From Lentisphaerota bacterium (GTDB taxonomy: Bacteria > Verrucomicrobiota > Lentisphaeria > Victivallales > UBA1829): a stretch of 64,000 nucleotides of DNA. The notes under the pieces are model-generated. The model was not told where the DNA came from. It saw only the letters and a program-made list of their open reading frames with translations, and did no database searches. A program made the translations under genes and the position numbers. The stretch is from positions 53,093-117,092 of the forward strand of contig SUVR01000004.1 of NCBI GenBank assembly GCA_015061915.1, given 5' to 3'. Shown here piece after piece: positions 19,225 through 29,089 of the stretch; position 1 is the stretch's first letter, and every line of letters begins with the position of its first letter.

Positions 19225-21201
19225 ATGGGCAAGAAAAAAGCAAAAAAACAGGGAAATGCAGCGGAACAGACGATCCGGGCAAAGTTTGCTGCAGCCAACG
19301 GCGGATTCGGCTTTGCCGTCCCGCTGGATCAGAAAAAAATCACACAGGATATCTTTATTCCACCCGCCTATACCGGCAATGCGATCGACGGGGACATTGT
19401 TCTTGTCCGGATCCGGAAAGAACGCAACGGCAAGCGGTTCCGGGAGGAAGACCGGGGACCGGTGGGGGAAATTGCGGAAGTGATCGAACACGGCAAAAAA
19501 AATATTGTTGCTCAACTGACCGGGAAACGTTCCGCCTGCCCTATGGATAAACATCTGCCGGAAGAAATCACGGTCAATACCCTTCCCAAAGGGGCAAAGA
19601 CCGGCGACTGGGTCAAACTCTCCCTGCTCAATACGGGGAAGAAGCGGACAAAAAACCTGTATGCGGAAGGCACGGAACGGATCGGGCGGTCCGGCACCGT
19701 GGCGGCTGACCTCAAAGCCATTGCTGCCGAATTTGATCTGCAGGATAACGCATACACCGAAAAGCAGAATACTGCCGCCGGGAAACTGGAGCCGCTGGCA
19801 ATCAAACGGGTCCGGATGACCAAGCCCTGGACCATCACGATCGACCCGGCAGATGCACACGATTTTGACGATGCGATCTCCCTCGCACCCGGCAAGACGA
19901 AAGAAGAGGTGCTGCTGGGTGTTCATATTGCCGATGTCGCCGCCTATATCCAGCCCGGATCGACCTTCGACAAAGAGGCTGCAAAACGCTGTTTTTCAGC
20001 CTATATTCCCGGTATGTTTCTTCCGATGCTCCCCAAAGCCCTGACGCAAAAGATGAGTCTGCGGGAGGGCGTGGATTCACCTGCACATACCATCCTTTTC
20101 ACCGTTGATAAAAAATCCGGTAAGATCAGAAAAACAGAACGCTTCCACTCCGTTGTCCGGATCAAAAAAAGGCTGGATTACGGAACCGTGCAGAACTTTC
20201 TGGACGATCCGAAAAGCGCACCCGTTGATTGGACGGCAACATTCAAAAAGAATCTGAAACTTCTGACAGAAACCGTGCGGGCGATCCGGCAAAACCGGCG
20301 GGAACAGGAGCAGTTTCTGGATATGCCCCTGCCGGAAATCCGGGTCATCTGCGATGAAAAAACGAAGCGTATCACCGGGATCCAGCGCAAAGAACCGTGC
20401 GAGGCGGATGCCCTTGTGGAAGAATGTATGCTTGCCGCCAACACCGCCGTGGCAGAGGAACTCATTGCCAAACAAACACCGGGTATGTTCCGGATCCATC
20501 CTGAACCGGATCCGGAGAAAATTGATCAGTTTGCCATGATCTGTATGGATTCCTTCCACTTCAGCCCCGGCGATATTCTCTCCTCCCGGACGGCGTGTCA
20601 GCATTTTCTGGCGTCGATCCCGGAAGGCACAAAAAAGCCGGTGATCCTCTCCCTGTTCCTGCGCTCCCTGCCCCGGGCATCTTATCAGGCGGAACCGGGA
20701 TTGCACTACGGACTCGGCAAAGAAAAATACGCTCATTTCACCAGTCCGATCCGGCGCTATCCGGACTTGCTGATCCATCAGCAGCTGTGGAATCTGGACT
20801 GTAACAAGGCTTTGAAGTCCAAAAAGAGACTGGCAGAGCTGGCAGAGACCTGTTCCCTGAAAGAAGAAAATGTGGATAACGCTTTTTTTGCCGCCAATGA
20901 CCGGCTGAAACTGCATTTTCTGCAGGAAAACGGCGCTATGGAAAACGGCACTTTGTTTGAAGCTGTTATCAGCCGGGTGACTGCCGCAGGGATCGTATGC
21001 AGTATTGACGAATTGGGGCTTTACGGGTTCATCCCCCGGGAACGGCTGCGGGGCGGCGATTACCGCAGATCCAGCGTCCGGCGCCAGAAAATGGTCTCCG
21101 GAACAGGTCACAATTCTTATAAAACCGGCGACTTTATTTATGTAACACTGGATGCCATTGATCCGGTCCGCGGCACAGTAACATTCCGTCCGGCAATTTA
21201 A
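19225..21201 (+). CDS. rnr: Ribonuclease R / RNase II family 3'-5' exoribonuclease
   Basis: Cold-shock domain GFGF, TIDPADAHDFDDAIS, VHIADV, HFTSPIRRYPDL and C-terminal S1. Confidence 0.92.
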   Translation: MGKKKAKKQGNAAEQTIRAKFAAANGGFGFAVPLDQKKITQDIFIPPAYTGNAIDGDIVLVRIRKERNGKRFREEDRGPVGEIAEVIEHGKKNIVAQLTGKRSACPMDKHLPEEITVNTLPKGAKTGDWVKLSLLNTGKKRTKNLYAEGTERIGRSGTVAADLKAIAAEFDLQDNAYTEKQNTAAGKLEPLAIKRVRMTKPWTITIDPADAHDFDDAISLAPGKTKEEVLLGVHIADVAAYIQPGSTFDKEAAKRCFSAYIPGMFLPMLPKALTQKMSLREGVDSPAHTILFTVDKKSGKIRKTERFHSVVRIKKRLDYGTVQNFLDDPKSAPVDWTATFKKNLKLLTETVRAIRQNRREQEQFLDMPLPEIRVICDEKTKRITGIQRKEPCEADALVEECMLAANTAVAEELIAKQTPGMFRIHPEPDPEKIDQFAMICMDSFHFSPGDILSSRTACQHFLASIPEGTKKPVILSLFLRSLPRASYQAEPGLHYGLGKEKYAHFTSPIRRYPDLLIHQQLWNLDCNKALKSKKRLAELAETCSLKEENVDNAFFAANDRLKLHFLQENGAMENGTLFEAVISRVTAAGIVCSIDELGLYGFIPRERLRGGDYRRSSVRRQKMVSGTGHNSYKTGDFIYVTLDAIDPVRGTVTFRPAI

Positions 21202-21315
21202 GACATATATTTTTCCATTTTTTCTTAAAATTGCGCTTGATTTTGAGGTGGTGTTGGATATATTAGGCGTGGACCTTATATACTGTAAACAACAAAATCA
21301 AACGGAGAACGGATC

Positions 21316-22479
21316 ATGGTTGTCAATACCCCCCCGATGGGCTGGAACTCGTGGAACACTTTTGGAACAAATATTTCGGATCAGCTGATCCGGGAAGTGG
21401 CAGATAAATTCATCGAACTGGGCTTGGATGAAGCCGGTTACAAATATGTGGTGATCGATGACTGCTGGAGTCTGCGTGACCGGGATCCGGAAACCGGAAA
21501 GATCGTTGCCGACCCGGAAAAATTCCCCGCCGGCATGAAGGCGCTTTCGGATTATGTTCACTCCAAAGGGCTGAAGTTCGGGATGTATTCCTGCGCCGGT
21601 CTGCGTACCTGCGGCAACTATCCCGGCAGCTTCGGACATGAATTTCTGGATGCTCAAACCTTCGCCGAATACGGCTGCGACTACCTGAAGTATGACTACT
21701 GCTACTTCCCCCACGACTCCGCAAAAACACCCAACACCTACCTCGTTATGGGCAACGCCCTCCGCGCCTGCGGCAGAGAGATCCTCTACTCCCTGTGCAA
21801 CTGGGGACAACAGGATGTCTGGACATGGGCAAAGGCTGTGGGCGGTAATATGTACCGCTCCACCGGGGATATCTTTGACAACGCCGTTTCCTTCTCGGAC
21901 ATCGCCAAGAGTCAGCTGGATAAATACTGCTACTCCGGCGCGACCTGTTTCAATGATATGGATATGCTGACCGTCGGGATGTACGGCAAAGGTAATGTGG
22001 GCTGCCAGAAAGACGAAATGACTGCCGAAGAAAAGAAAGTCTGGTTCGACCGCTACTGCAACCAGTTCTCCCTCTGGTGTATCATGGGCTCCCCGCTGAT
22101 GCTGGGCGCAGATATCCGCAACATGGATGAAGATATCCTCAATCTGGTCAAGAACAAAGATCTGATCCGGATCAATCAGGACCCGGAATGCCGTCCCGCA
22201 TTCAAGGTGACGGACTGGGATCCGGCGACCAGCGTCGGTCTGGCAAAACTGCTCTCCGACGGCACGATCGCACTCGGTCTTTTCAACTTCAATGAAGACG
22301 GCAGAAAGATGCAGATCCTCTGCGAATCTCTGGGCTATCCCTATGCTTCCGGTTACGATCTGAAGGCACGGGACATCTTCACCGGCGAAGAACAGCTCCT
22401 GACCCGGGAAATGATGCTGGAAGATGTTGCCCCCTACGGCTGCCGTATGTTTATCCTCACCCCGGTAAAGCGCGCCTGA
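21316..22479 (+). CDS. Alpha-galactosidase, glycoside hydrolase family 27
   Basis: TPPMGWNSWN, IDDCW, DYLKYDYC, RSTGDI and NDMDML motifs. Confidence 0.95.
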   Translation: MVVNTPPMGWNSWNTFGTNISDQLIREVADKFIELGLDEAGYKYVVIDDCWSLRDRDPETGKIVADPEKFPAGMKALSDYVHSKGLKFGMYSCAGLRTCGNYPGSFGHEFLDAQTFAEYGCDYLKYDYCYFPHDSAKTPNTYLVMGNALRACGREILYSLCNWGQQDVWTWAKAVGGNMYRSTGDIFDNAVSFSDIAKSQLDKYCYSGATCFNDMDMLTVGMYGKGNVGCQKDEMTAEEKKVWFDRYCNQFSLWCIMGSPLMLGADIRNMDEDILNLVKNKDLIRINQDPECRPAFKVTDWDPATSVGLAKLLSDGTIALGLFNFNEDGRKMQILCESLGYPYASGYDLKARDIFTGEEQLLTREMMLEDVAPYGCRMFILTPVKRA

Positions 22480-22482
22480 TCT

Positions 22483-22704
22483 ATGCCGGAGATCTGCTAT
22501 CAATGCAACAGCCCGGTGGTCGGCGACGGGATCGGGCTGAATAAAAAACTGGTCAACCGGGGTACGGAAAAATTCCTGTGTCTGCGGTGTCTCGCGGCAC
22601 ATTTCCGGATCACGGAAGAAGAACTGGGCATTATGGCGGATCATTTCCGGGCTGCCGGCTGCACCTTATTTTCGCCACAAAAACAGGAGAGAACGGACCA
22701 ATGA
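22483..22704 (+). CDS. Small Cys-containing (zinc-ribbon-like) hypothetical protein
   Basis: CxxC...CxxC...GCxLF in 73 aa. Fills the gap between GH27 and murA and overlaps the murA start (ATGA). Confidence 0.75.
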   Translation: MPEICYQCNSPVVGDGIGLNKKLVNRGTEKFLCLRCLAAHFRITEEELGIMADHFRAAGCTLFSPQKQERTDQ

Positions 22705-23990
22705 AAAGTCTGATCATCGAAGGACCTTCCAAAATTTCCGGAACGATCGTACCGGGCGGCAACAAAAACGCAGCTCTGCCCATTGTGGCGGCGTGCCTGC
22801 TGACCGAAGAAGAAGTGGTGATCCACAATATGCCGGAAATCGTGGATGTACAGGTAATGCTGGATCTGGCGGCAAGTATCGGCGTCAAAGTGGAACGGAA
22901 CGGCAAGACCGTGAAGATCCATGCAAAAACGGTCACCAGCGCCACCCTGCCCTCCAAAATGTGCGCCCGTGTCCGTGGCTCGATCCTGTTTGCCGGTGCG
23001 GTAACTTACCGTTGCGGAGAAGCACATATCGGGCTGCCCGGCGGCGACTTTATCGGCAGACGCAGGCTGGATTCCCATTACTACGGTCTCGGAAAACTGG
23101 GGATCACTTGTGACATCCGGGAAGGCATGGCGAACTTCTCCATTGCCAAAAAGCTGCGCGGCGCCGATATGTTTCTGGACGAAGCCAGTGTCACCGCTAC
23201 GGAACAGATCCTCATTGCCGCCAGCGTTGCACCCGGTAAGACGATCATCCGGAACGCAGCCAGCGAACCGCATATCCAGCAGCTGGCGGAACTGCTGAAC
23301 AAAATGGGCGCAAAAATCGAAGGCATCGGCACAAACGAACTGAAAGTTCAAGGTGCTGAAATGCTGCACGGCGCTGAATATACCATTGACTCCGACCACG
23401 TGGAAGTGGCGTCCTTCCTTTCCCTTGCCGCCGCAACCAAAGGCGGACTTGACTTTGTGGGACCGATCCGCCCGCACCATTACTGGATGACGCGCCGTAT
23501 GTTCGAGCGGTTCAATATCCGTTTCAAACTGGAACCGGACCACATTCATATGCCCGCAGGTCAGCGTCTCATCGTGCGGAAGGATGCAGGCGATGCGATC
23601 CCCGTGATCGCAGACGGTCCGTGGCCCCAGTTCCCCAGCGATATGATGAGCTGTATGATCGTGGCTGCCACACAGGCACGGGGGACTGCCATGTTCTTCG
23701 AGAAAATGTTTGAAAGCCGGATGTACTTTGTGGACCGCCTCATTGCCATGGGAGCCAATGCCATTATCTGCGACCCGCACCGCGCCGTGATCACCGGCCC
23801 CTCCAAACTCCGGGGTTTGCAGATGTCCAGTCCGGACATCCGGGCGGGCATGGCACTGGTTCTGGCGGCGGCTTGCGCCAAAGGCAGATCCGTGATCAAC
23901 AATGCGGATATGATCTACCGTGGCTACGAAGACCTGGTCCCGAAGCTCCGGAGTATCGGGGTCAATGTGGAAGAACAGGAACTGGATTGA
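22701..23990 (+). CDS. murA: UDP-N-acetylglucosamine 1-carboxyvinyltransferase
   Basis: GNKNAALP, LPGGDFIGRR, ASVTATE, FESR and DIRAG motifs. GGAG RBS before ATG 22701. Confidence 0.96.
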   Translation: MKSLIIEGPSKISGTIVPGGNKNAALPIVAACLLTEEEVVIHNMPEIVDVQVMLDLAASIGVKVERNGKTVKIHAKTVTSATLPSKMCARVRGSILFAGAVTYRCGEAHIGLPGGDFIGRRRLDSHYYGLGKLGITCDIREGMANFSIAKKLRGADMFLDEASVTATEQILIAASVAPGKTIIRNAASEPHIQQLAELLNKMGAKIEGIGTNELKVQGAEMLHGAEYTIDSDHVEVASFLSLAAATKGGLDFVGPIRPHHYWMTRRMFERFNIRFKLEPDHIHMPAGQRLIVRKDAGDAIPVIADGPWPQFPSDMMSCMIVAATQARGTAMFFEKMFESRMYFVDRLIAMGANAIICDPHRAVITGPSKLRGLQMSSPDIRAGMALVLAAACAKGRSVINNADMIYRGYEDLVPKLRSIGVNVEEQELD

Positions 23991-23999
23991 GGTCCGTTC

Positions 24000-24791
24000 T
24001 CACTTGAAACAGGGCGGACAGTCCAGTGTGTCCGCCATGGCCTCTTCTGCGGAGTAAAAAACTTTCTGCAGGTACAGCCCCCGGGGCGGCGCTACAAAAT
24101 CCGGCAGGATCGTTTCCGGATCAGCCACAGCATTGCGGAATGTTTCCACACTCATTTCCCCCGTTGCGACGGCATGAAGGCAGCCTACCACCCGCCGGAT
24201 CATTTTGTGCAGGAATCCGGAGCCGGAAAAATAGAAGCAGTGCAGCGGTCCGAAGGAATGCAGCTCCGCCTTCCAGACGGTGCGGGGCTTCAAACTGGTG
24301 GCATCTTTTCTGCCTGTAAAACTGCGGAATATATGCTCACCCTCAAGGGTGTTCAGGGCGCACCGTACCGCATCCAGATCAAGCTTTTCTTCCGTCCAGC
24401 TCCAGCAGCATTTGGAAAGAAAAAGATTTTCCGCACCGGTATTGATCACATACACATACGCCTTACCGCAGGTCTCTGTAGCAAGAAAACGGGGCGGCAT
24501 TTCCTGAACAGAATCGATCCGGATATCGTGAGGCAGACGCTTGTTCAACTCCTGCCGGATCGTGTCACAGCAAAGTTTTTGTTCCGTGCGAAACGATGCC
24601 GTCATACCCACCGCATGGACACCTGCATCGGTGCGGCTGCAGCCGGAAAGGAACACAGTCTGATCTTTCAGCAGATTCCGGAGCGCAAACTCCATTACGC
24701 TCTGCACCGTTGTCTGATCCGGCTGATTCTGCCAACCGGCGTAACGGGTCCCATTGAAAGAAAAAGTAAGCATATATGTTTTTTCGTTCAT
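24000..24791 (-). CDS. truA: tRNA pseudouridine(38-40) synthase
   Basis: YAGWQNQ, SRTDAGVHA, GFLHKMIR and APPRGLYL motifs. True start MNEKTY overlaps the upstream stop. Confidence 0.93.
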   Translation of the reverse strand: MNEKTYMLTFSFNGTRYAGWQNQPDQTTVQSVMEFALRNLLKDQTVFLSGCSRTDAGVHAVGMTASFRTEQKLCCDTIRQELNKRLPHDIRIDSVQEMPPRFLATETCGKAYVYVINTGAENLFLSKCCWSWTEEKLDLDAVRCALNTLEGEHIFRSFTGRKDATSLKPRTVWKAELHSFGPLHCFYFSGSGFLHKMIRRVVGCLHAVATGEMSVETFRNAVADPETILPDFVAPPRGLYLQKVFYSAEEAMADTLDCPPCFK

Positions 24792-25225
24792 CACAGATTT
24801 TCCTTTATCGCAAGATGAATCCAAATCCAGAGAGCATAACGGCAGATTTTTCCGGCTGTCATAAAGAGCAGAAATTTTCCTGCAGGATAACGCATAAATC
24901 CGAGCGCAATGGCAAAGACATCTCCCACCACCGGCAGAAAACAAAGAAATGCACCGGCGGCACCGAATCTGCCGATCCGTTTCTGCGCCCGTTCGATCTG
25001 ATATGCCGTAACGCGGCAATATTTTTTCAGCCAGTCCAGCTTGCCGAGGCGTCCGAGGTACCAGGTGGTCATGCTTCCGGCGGCATTGCCCAATGTGGCA
25101 CCGGCAAGAGCGAGTCCCCACGGCAGACCGGCTGCGAGCGCGGCACTGAGTGCAGCTTCGGAACTGAACGGCAAAACAGTCGCAGCCAGAAACGCTGCCC
25201 AAAACAGGGAAAAGAAAAGAAGCAT
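24791..25225 (-). CDS. YqaA/DedA (SNARE-associated, VTT) family membrane protein
   Basis: FLAATVLPFSSE, GNAAGS..WYLGR, LPVVGD and GKxxRY motifs. Confidence 0.9.
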   Translation of the reverse strand: MLLFFSLFWAAFLAATVLPFSSEAALSAALAAGLPWGLALAGATLGNAAGSMTTWYLGRLGKLDWLKKYCRVTAYQIERAQKRIGRFGAAGAFLCFLPVVGDVFAIALGFMRYPAGKFLLFMTAGKICRYALWIWIHLAIKENL

Positions 25226-26091
25226 TATTCGGCTTCCGCCTTTTTCAGGCTGTTTTCACGGAAGATCTTTTCCCGGTCCTTGAACCAGATCTTCAATTTT
25301 ACCGGATCGTCACGGAGCTGCAGCATTTGAGAACGGAACTTATGAGCTTCTTCGGCAGTCAGATCATATTTTTTCAACAGACGGTAAAACTCAAATTCCG
25401 GAGCCGGAGCAGAGGAGCGGTAAATCACTTTCCCGGCAGGATTGCGGATCGTCCGGGCGGCAACGATCTTATCATCATTTACCGGTACTGTCGAAAAATT
25501 GTACTTCCGATGCAGTTCTTCGTACCCGACCTGCTCTGCATCTTCAGTCCGGTAGGTGAACCGGTTGCAACGATAGGAAACATGGTGAAAACGCTTGCCA
25601 TTGCTCAGAGAGACCTGATCCACTTCCTGAATGGAGAACTCATCCGGATACTTTGTTAATCTCTCCCGGCTGTGCTGGAACAACTCACCGGCAAATCCGG
25701 TGGAATAAGATTCCTCCACTTTGGTCGCCCGGATGGCATATTTCTGCATTTTGATGTCCACAGTCACCAGGACCGCCACTTTGTCACCGGGACGGAACTG
25801 GCGGCAATAGATCGGTCCGCCATATATGGTACAATTTTCAATATCAGCCGGAAAAAGGTTCCAGGAATGTTGCGCATAAAGCAGTTTGCCCTTCCCGATC
25901 GTAAAAGAATCCCTGCCGATCTCTGTGATCGTGCCGAAATAAATATGAGTCTGGATAAAGGGGATATTTGCCGCCTCTGCCATTTCCACTGTTTCCGGAT
26001 ACCAATCGGAATTCTTCAGGACCTGCGGCATACAACCGGAAACTGCCCCGAACAGGATGAGGCTGATCAACAACAGCAGTATTTTTTTCAT
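25225..26091 (-). CDS. Hypothetical lipoprotein
   Basis: MKKILLLLISLILFGAVSGC lipobox; stop abuts the next start. No family recognised. Confidence 0.7.
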   Translation of the reverse strand: MKKILLLLISLILFGAVSGCMPQVLKNSDWYPETVEMAEAANIPFIQTHIYFGTITEIGRDSFTIGKGKLLYAQHSWNLFPADIENCTIYGGPIYCRQFRPGDKVAVLVTVDIKMQKYAIRATKVEESYSTGFAGELFQHSRERLTKYPDEFSIQEVDQVSLSNGKRFHHVSYRCNRFTYRTEDAEQVGYEELHRKYNFSTVPVNDDKIVAARTIRNPAGKVIYRSSAPAPEFEFYRLLKKYDLTAEEAHKFRSQMLQLRDDPVKLKIWFKDREKIFRENSLKKAEAE

Positions 26092-26236
26092 AAGTCCGTG
26101 AAAATCTCCAAGATTCCGAATATCTGTTAACAATCAATATAGCGCAATTTTTGAGTTTGTCAAATCCGGGAGCAAAAATTCCGTTTGCGGTTTGATTTTT
26201 TCGGTTCCGGCAGTAGAGTATGAAAGAGGAGATTTT

Positions 26237-26917
26237 ATGAAGTACAGCAAGATCACAACAGGCAGATTCATCAACCGGGCGAACCGCTTTATCGCCACGG
26301 TTGAAATTGACGGTATCCCAACCACGGTCCATGTCAAGAACACAGGACGGTGCCGGGAACTGCTGGTGCCGGGCGCAACCGTTTATCTCGCCGTTTCTGA
26401 TAATCCGGCACGGAAGACAAAGTATGATCTGATCGCTGTTGACAAGAATGGTCTGCTCATCAATATGGACTCCCAGATCCCGAATGATGTCGCCGCAGAA
26501 TGGCTGCCGGGAAGCGGTCTCTTTCCCCCGACTGCCATCATCCGGCGGGAAGTCACCTGTGGAAAATCCCGTTTCGATTTTATGATCCGTGACGGCGAAA
26601 AGACCTGCTATCTGGAAGTCAAAGGCGTCACACTGGAAGACAACGGCATTGCCCGTTTTCCGGATGCACCAACCGAACGGGGAGCAAAACATCTCCGGGA
26701 ACTGACATCACTGGTTGAACAGGGATTCTCCGCCTGCGTTCTATTTGTGATCCAGATGAAAACGATCCGTGAACTGCACCCGAACGATGCCATGGATCCC
26801 GCTTTCGGTGCTGCATTGCGGGAAGCTGCCGCCGCCGGGGTGATGATCCGTGCGGTGGATTGCCTTGTTACGCCGGAAAGTCTGGTTGCGGACTGCGAAG
26901 TAAAAGTCGTTCTGTGA
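26237..26917 (+). CDS. sfsA: DNA/RNA nuclease SfsA
   Basis: RANRF, HVKNTGR, SRFDF, EVKGVTL and FPDAPTERGAKHL motifs. Confidence 0.96.
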   Translation: MKYSKITTGRFINRANRFIATVEIDGIPTTVHVKNTGRCRELLVPGATVYLAVSDNPARKTKYDLIAVDKNGLLINMDSQIPNDVAAEWLPGSGLFPPTAIIRREVTCGKSRFDFMIRDGEKTCYLEVKGVTLEDNGIARFPDAPTERGAKHLRELTSLVEQGFSACVLFVIQMKTIRELHPNDAMDPAFGAALREAAAAGVMIRAVDCLVTPESLVADCEVKVVL

Positions 26918-26935
26918 ACAAAAAACAAAAATGAT

Positions 26936-26963
26936 TTGACATCACGCAAAAGCAGTTTATATT
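26936..26963 (+). promoter_or_regulatory. Putative promoter for the LRR gene
   Basis: TTGACA-N16-TATATT. Confidence 0.55.
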
Positions 26964-27005
26964 ACAGAAGAAAGAACAGGAATTATTCATAAGGAACAAC
27001 CGGTC

Positions 27006-28079
27006 ATGACACTAAAATTGAAACTGTTTTTCATCATTTTCTGCATTGCTCATTCTATTTTTTTATGCGAGGCTCAGGAAAAAAAGAAAAATATGGTCCC
27101 TCCACAGCCTGCAGCACCGCAGGAGGAACAGATCGAAGTCGATGGTATGCTTCTGACAAAGGATGGCAAAACCCTGATCAAACCCAAAAATTTCTGGCTC
27201 AATACGGCAACGATCCCGGATCAGGTAAGGATCATCCGTGGCGGTGCGTTCCGGCACCATGTCCGGCTTCAAAGTGTTGAGATCCCGGATTCCGTGGAGG
27301 AAATCGGTATTGCAGCATTTCAGAACTGTTCAAAACTGCAAATGGTCAAGCTGCCGAACGGTCTGAAAAAGATCGAAGATTATCTGTTTTACAATTGTCC
27401 GGCGTTGTCTGAAATCGTGATCCCGGATTCCGTGGAAGAGATCGGCGAAGGCGCATTCTGGCACTGCAATAATCTGAAGCAGATCACTATTCCCCGGAAT
27501 GTGAAAAAAATCGGCGGCAAAGCTTTGCTCGGCATTGATGAAATCATCCTTGACCCTGAACAGAAAACTTTTATCTTTGATGATGACGGGGTACTGATTG
27601 ACCAGAAAGAAAAGATCCTCCTGCGTGTACCGCAACATCTTTCCGGAACTTATGAAGTGCCGGATGGTATCAAAACGATCAGCGGCGGGGCTTTTTACGG
27701 CTGCAGCCGTCTGATAAAAGTGGTGATTCCGGATAGCGTGGAAATGATTGGCGCAGAGGCGTTCAACAAGTGCAGAAATTTAAGGGAAATCATATTACCT
27801 GAAGGCTTGAAAATAATCGAACATCAGGCATTCGCCTATTGTCAGAATTTGCAGGCTGTCGACCTGCCCGATACGGTGGAAGAAATCCATTCCAAAGCCT
27901 TTTTGGGTTGTATCAACCTGACAAAGCTCAAGCTTTCAAAGTCCCTCAAAACAGTGAAAAAGAAAGCATTTGACAACTGTAAAAATCTGCAGACAATCAT
28001 TGTACCGCAGACGATCTCTTACAGAACGCTTTGCTCCTGGCATATCCCCGGCCGGAAAATTATCCGCCCGAAGGACTGA
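27006..28079 (+). CDS. BspA-type leucine-rich repeat (LRR_5) exported protein
   Basis: Signal peptide; repeated IPDSVEEIGxxAFxxCxxL units. Confidence 0.93.
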   Translation: MTLKLKLFFIIFCIAHSIFLCEAQEKKKNMVPPQPAAPQEEQIEVDGMLLTKDGKTLIKPKNFWLNTATIPDQVRIIRGGAFRHHVRLQSVEIPDSVEEIGIAAFQNCSKLQMVKLPNGLKKIEDYLFYNCPALSEIVIPDSVEEIGEGAFWHCNNLKQITIPRNVKKIGGKALLGIDEIILDPEQKTFIFDDDGVLIDQKEKILLRVPQHLSGTYEVPDGIKTISGGAFYGCSRLIKVVIPDSVEMIGAEAFNKCRNLREIILPEGLKIIEHQAFAYCQNLQAVDLPDTVEEIHSKAFLGCINLTKLKLSKSLKTVKKKAFDNCKNLQTIIVPQTISYRTLCSWHIPGRKIIRPKD

Positions 28080-28150
28080 GGAGACGATCCATACTTCCAT
28101 ACTCCGCTATCCGGTCACAACTGCGTATAGCACACAAAGCATCGCAAGAC

Positions 28151-28187
28151 AAAAAAAGACTCCGTTCCATTTGGAGCGGAGTCTTTT
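28151..28187. terminator. Bidirectional intrinsic terminator between the LRR gene and rpsD
   Basis: AAAAAAAGACTCCGTTCCA-TT-TGGAGCGGAGTCTTTT. Confidence 0.85.
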
Positions 28188-28216
28188 GGTATACCGTTGC
28201 GGTATTGCCGTCAGGC

Positions 28217-28828
28217 TTAGCGGGCGTAGTATTCGACGACGCTCAAAGCCTTCACGTTCACCGGGATCTCTTCGATCATCGGTTCGCGGACGATCGTGAT
28301 CTTCAGCGTTTCCTTGTCGGTTTCCACATAGGGAGGAACCGTGGAGGAAATGCCCTTGGCGATTTCAGCAACTGCCGGGGACTTTTCTGCGTTGATGGAA
28401 ACGACCTGACCGGGTTTCAGCTTGTAGGAGCCGCGGTCAACGATCTTGCCATCCACGAGAATGTGGCGGTGGCTGACAAACTGCTTGGCAGCAAAAATAG
28501 TGGGAGCGAAACCGGCATGATACACGATGGCATCGAGACGGGCTTCGATTTCCTGCATAAGTCTTTCGTTGGTCTTGCCGTCTTTGCGCTTGGCGGCGAG
28601 GAAAGCGTTGCGGAGCTGATTTTCAGTGAGCGCATAGTGAGCTTTCAGCTTCTGCTTTTCCTGCATCATTTCCCCGAAGGTGGAGAGTTTTTTACGCTTG
28701 GCGTTTTTGCCCTGCAGACCGGCAGCGTAAGTTCTGGCTTTGCCCTTGACAGTGGGGCAGTTCGGCATGTTCCAGACGCAGTAACCGAGGCGTCTGCACA
28801 GCTTGTGTTTTGCTTGAGCTTTCTTCAT
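28217..28828 (-). CDS. rpsD: 30S ribosomal protein S4
   Basis: EKQKLK..Y, EARLDAIVY, AAKQFVSHRHILVDG and VVEYYAR motifs. Start MKKAQ with GAAAGGA RBS. Confidence 0.97.
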   Translation of the reverse strand: MKKAQAKHKLCRRLGYCVWNMPNCPTVKGKARTYAAGLQGKNAKRKKLSTFGEMMQEKQKLKAHYALTENQLRNAFLAAKRKDGKTNERLMQEIEARLDAIVYHAGFAPTIFAAKQFVSHRHILVDGKIVDRGSYKLKPGQVVSINAEKSPAVAEIAKGISSTVPPYVETDKETLKITIVREPMIEEIPVNVKALSVVEYYAR

Positions 28829-28863
28829 CCCGTAATCCTTTCCGTTGAAAGAGTTTAAGTAAC

Positions 28864-28950
28864 AGACCAAAGGCGTCAAGCTCCGTTACCGGGGGCCTTC
28901 AGTCTATATCCGAATTCTTTTAATCTACACCACATTACGCTTTTTTTCAA
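28864..28950 (-). promoter_or_regulatory. rpsD promoter and structured 5' leader
   Basis: TTGAAA-N17-TAGATT (28950-28922); leader hairpin 28905-28864 with a GUAA tetraloop. Confidence 0.55.
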
Positions 28951-29089
28951 GTCCGCTTTCAAACTTTTACAGATTTTTTTACTTTTTCCATGACGGTCCG
29001 GAGGCGATTCTTTCCCAAAGCCTCAAATTCTTGCGTAAATTTTTGATTTTCCCCTTGCGAAAAGAAAATCTCATGCTAAAGTATGTTTT

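Noticed and set aside
24791-25202. Long N-terminal extension of truA in the ORF track
   Set aside because: Overlaps the YqaA-like gene in another frame; the true start is the coupled ATG at 24791.
27240-27980. Repeated nucleotide segments (e.g. ATCCCGGATTCCGTGGA)
   Set aside because: Explained by the coding LRR repeats of the BspA-like protein.
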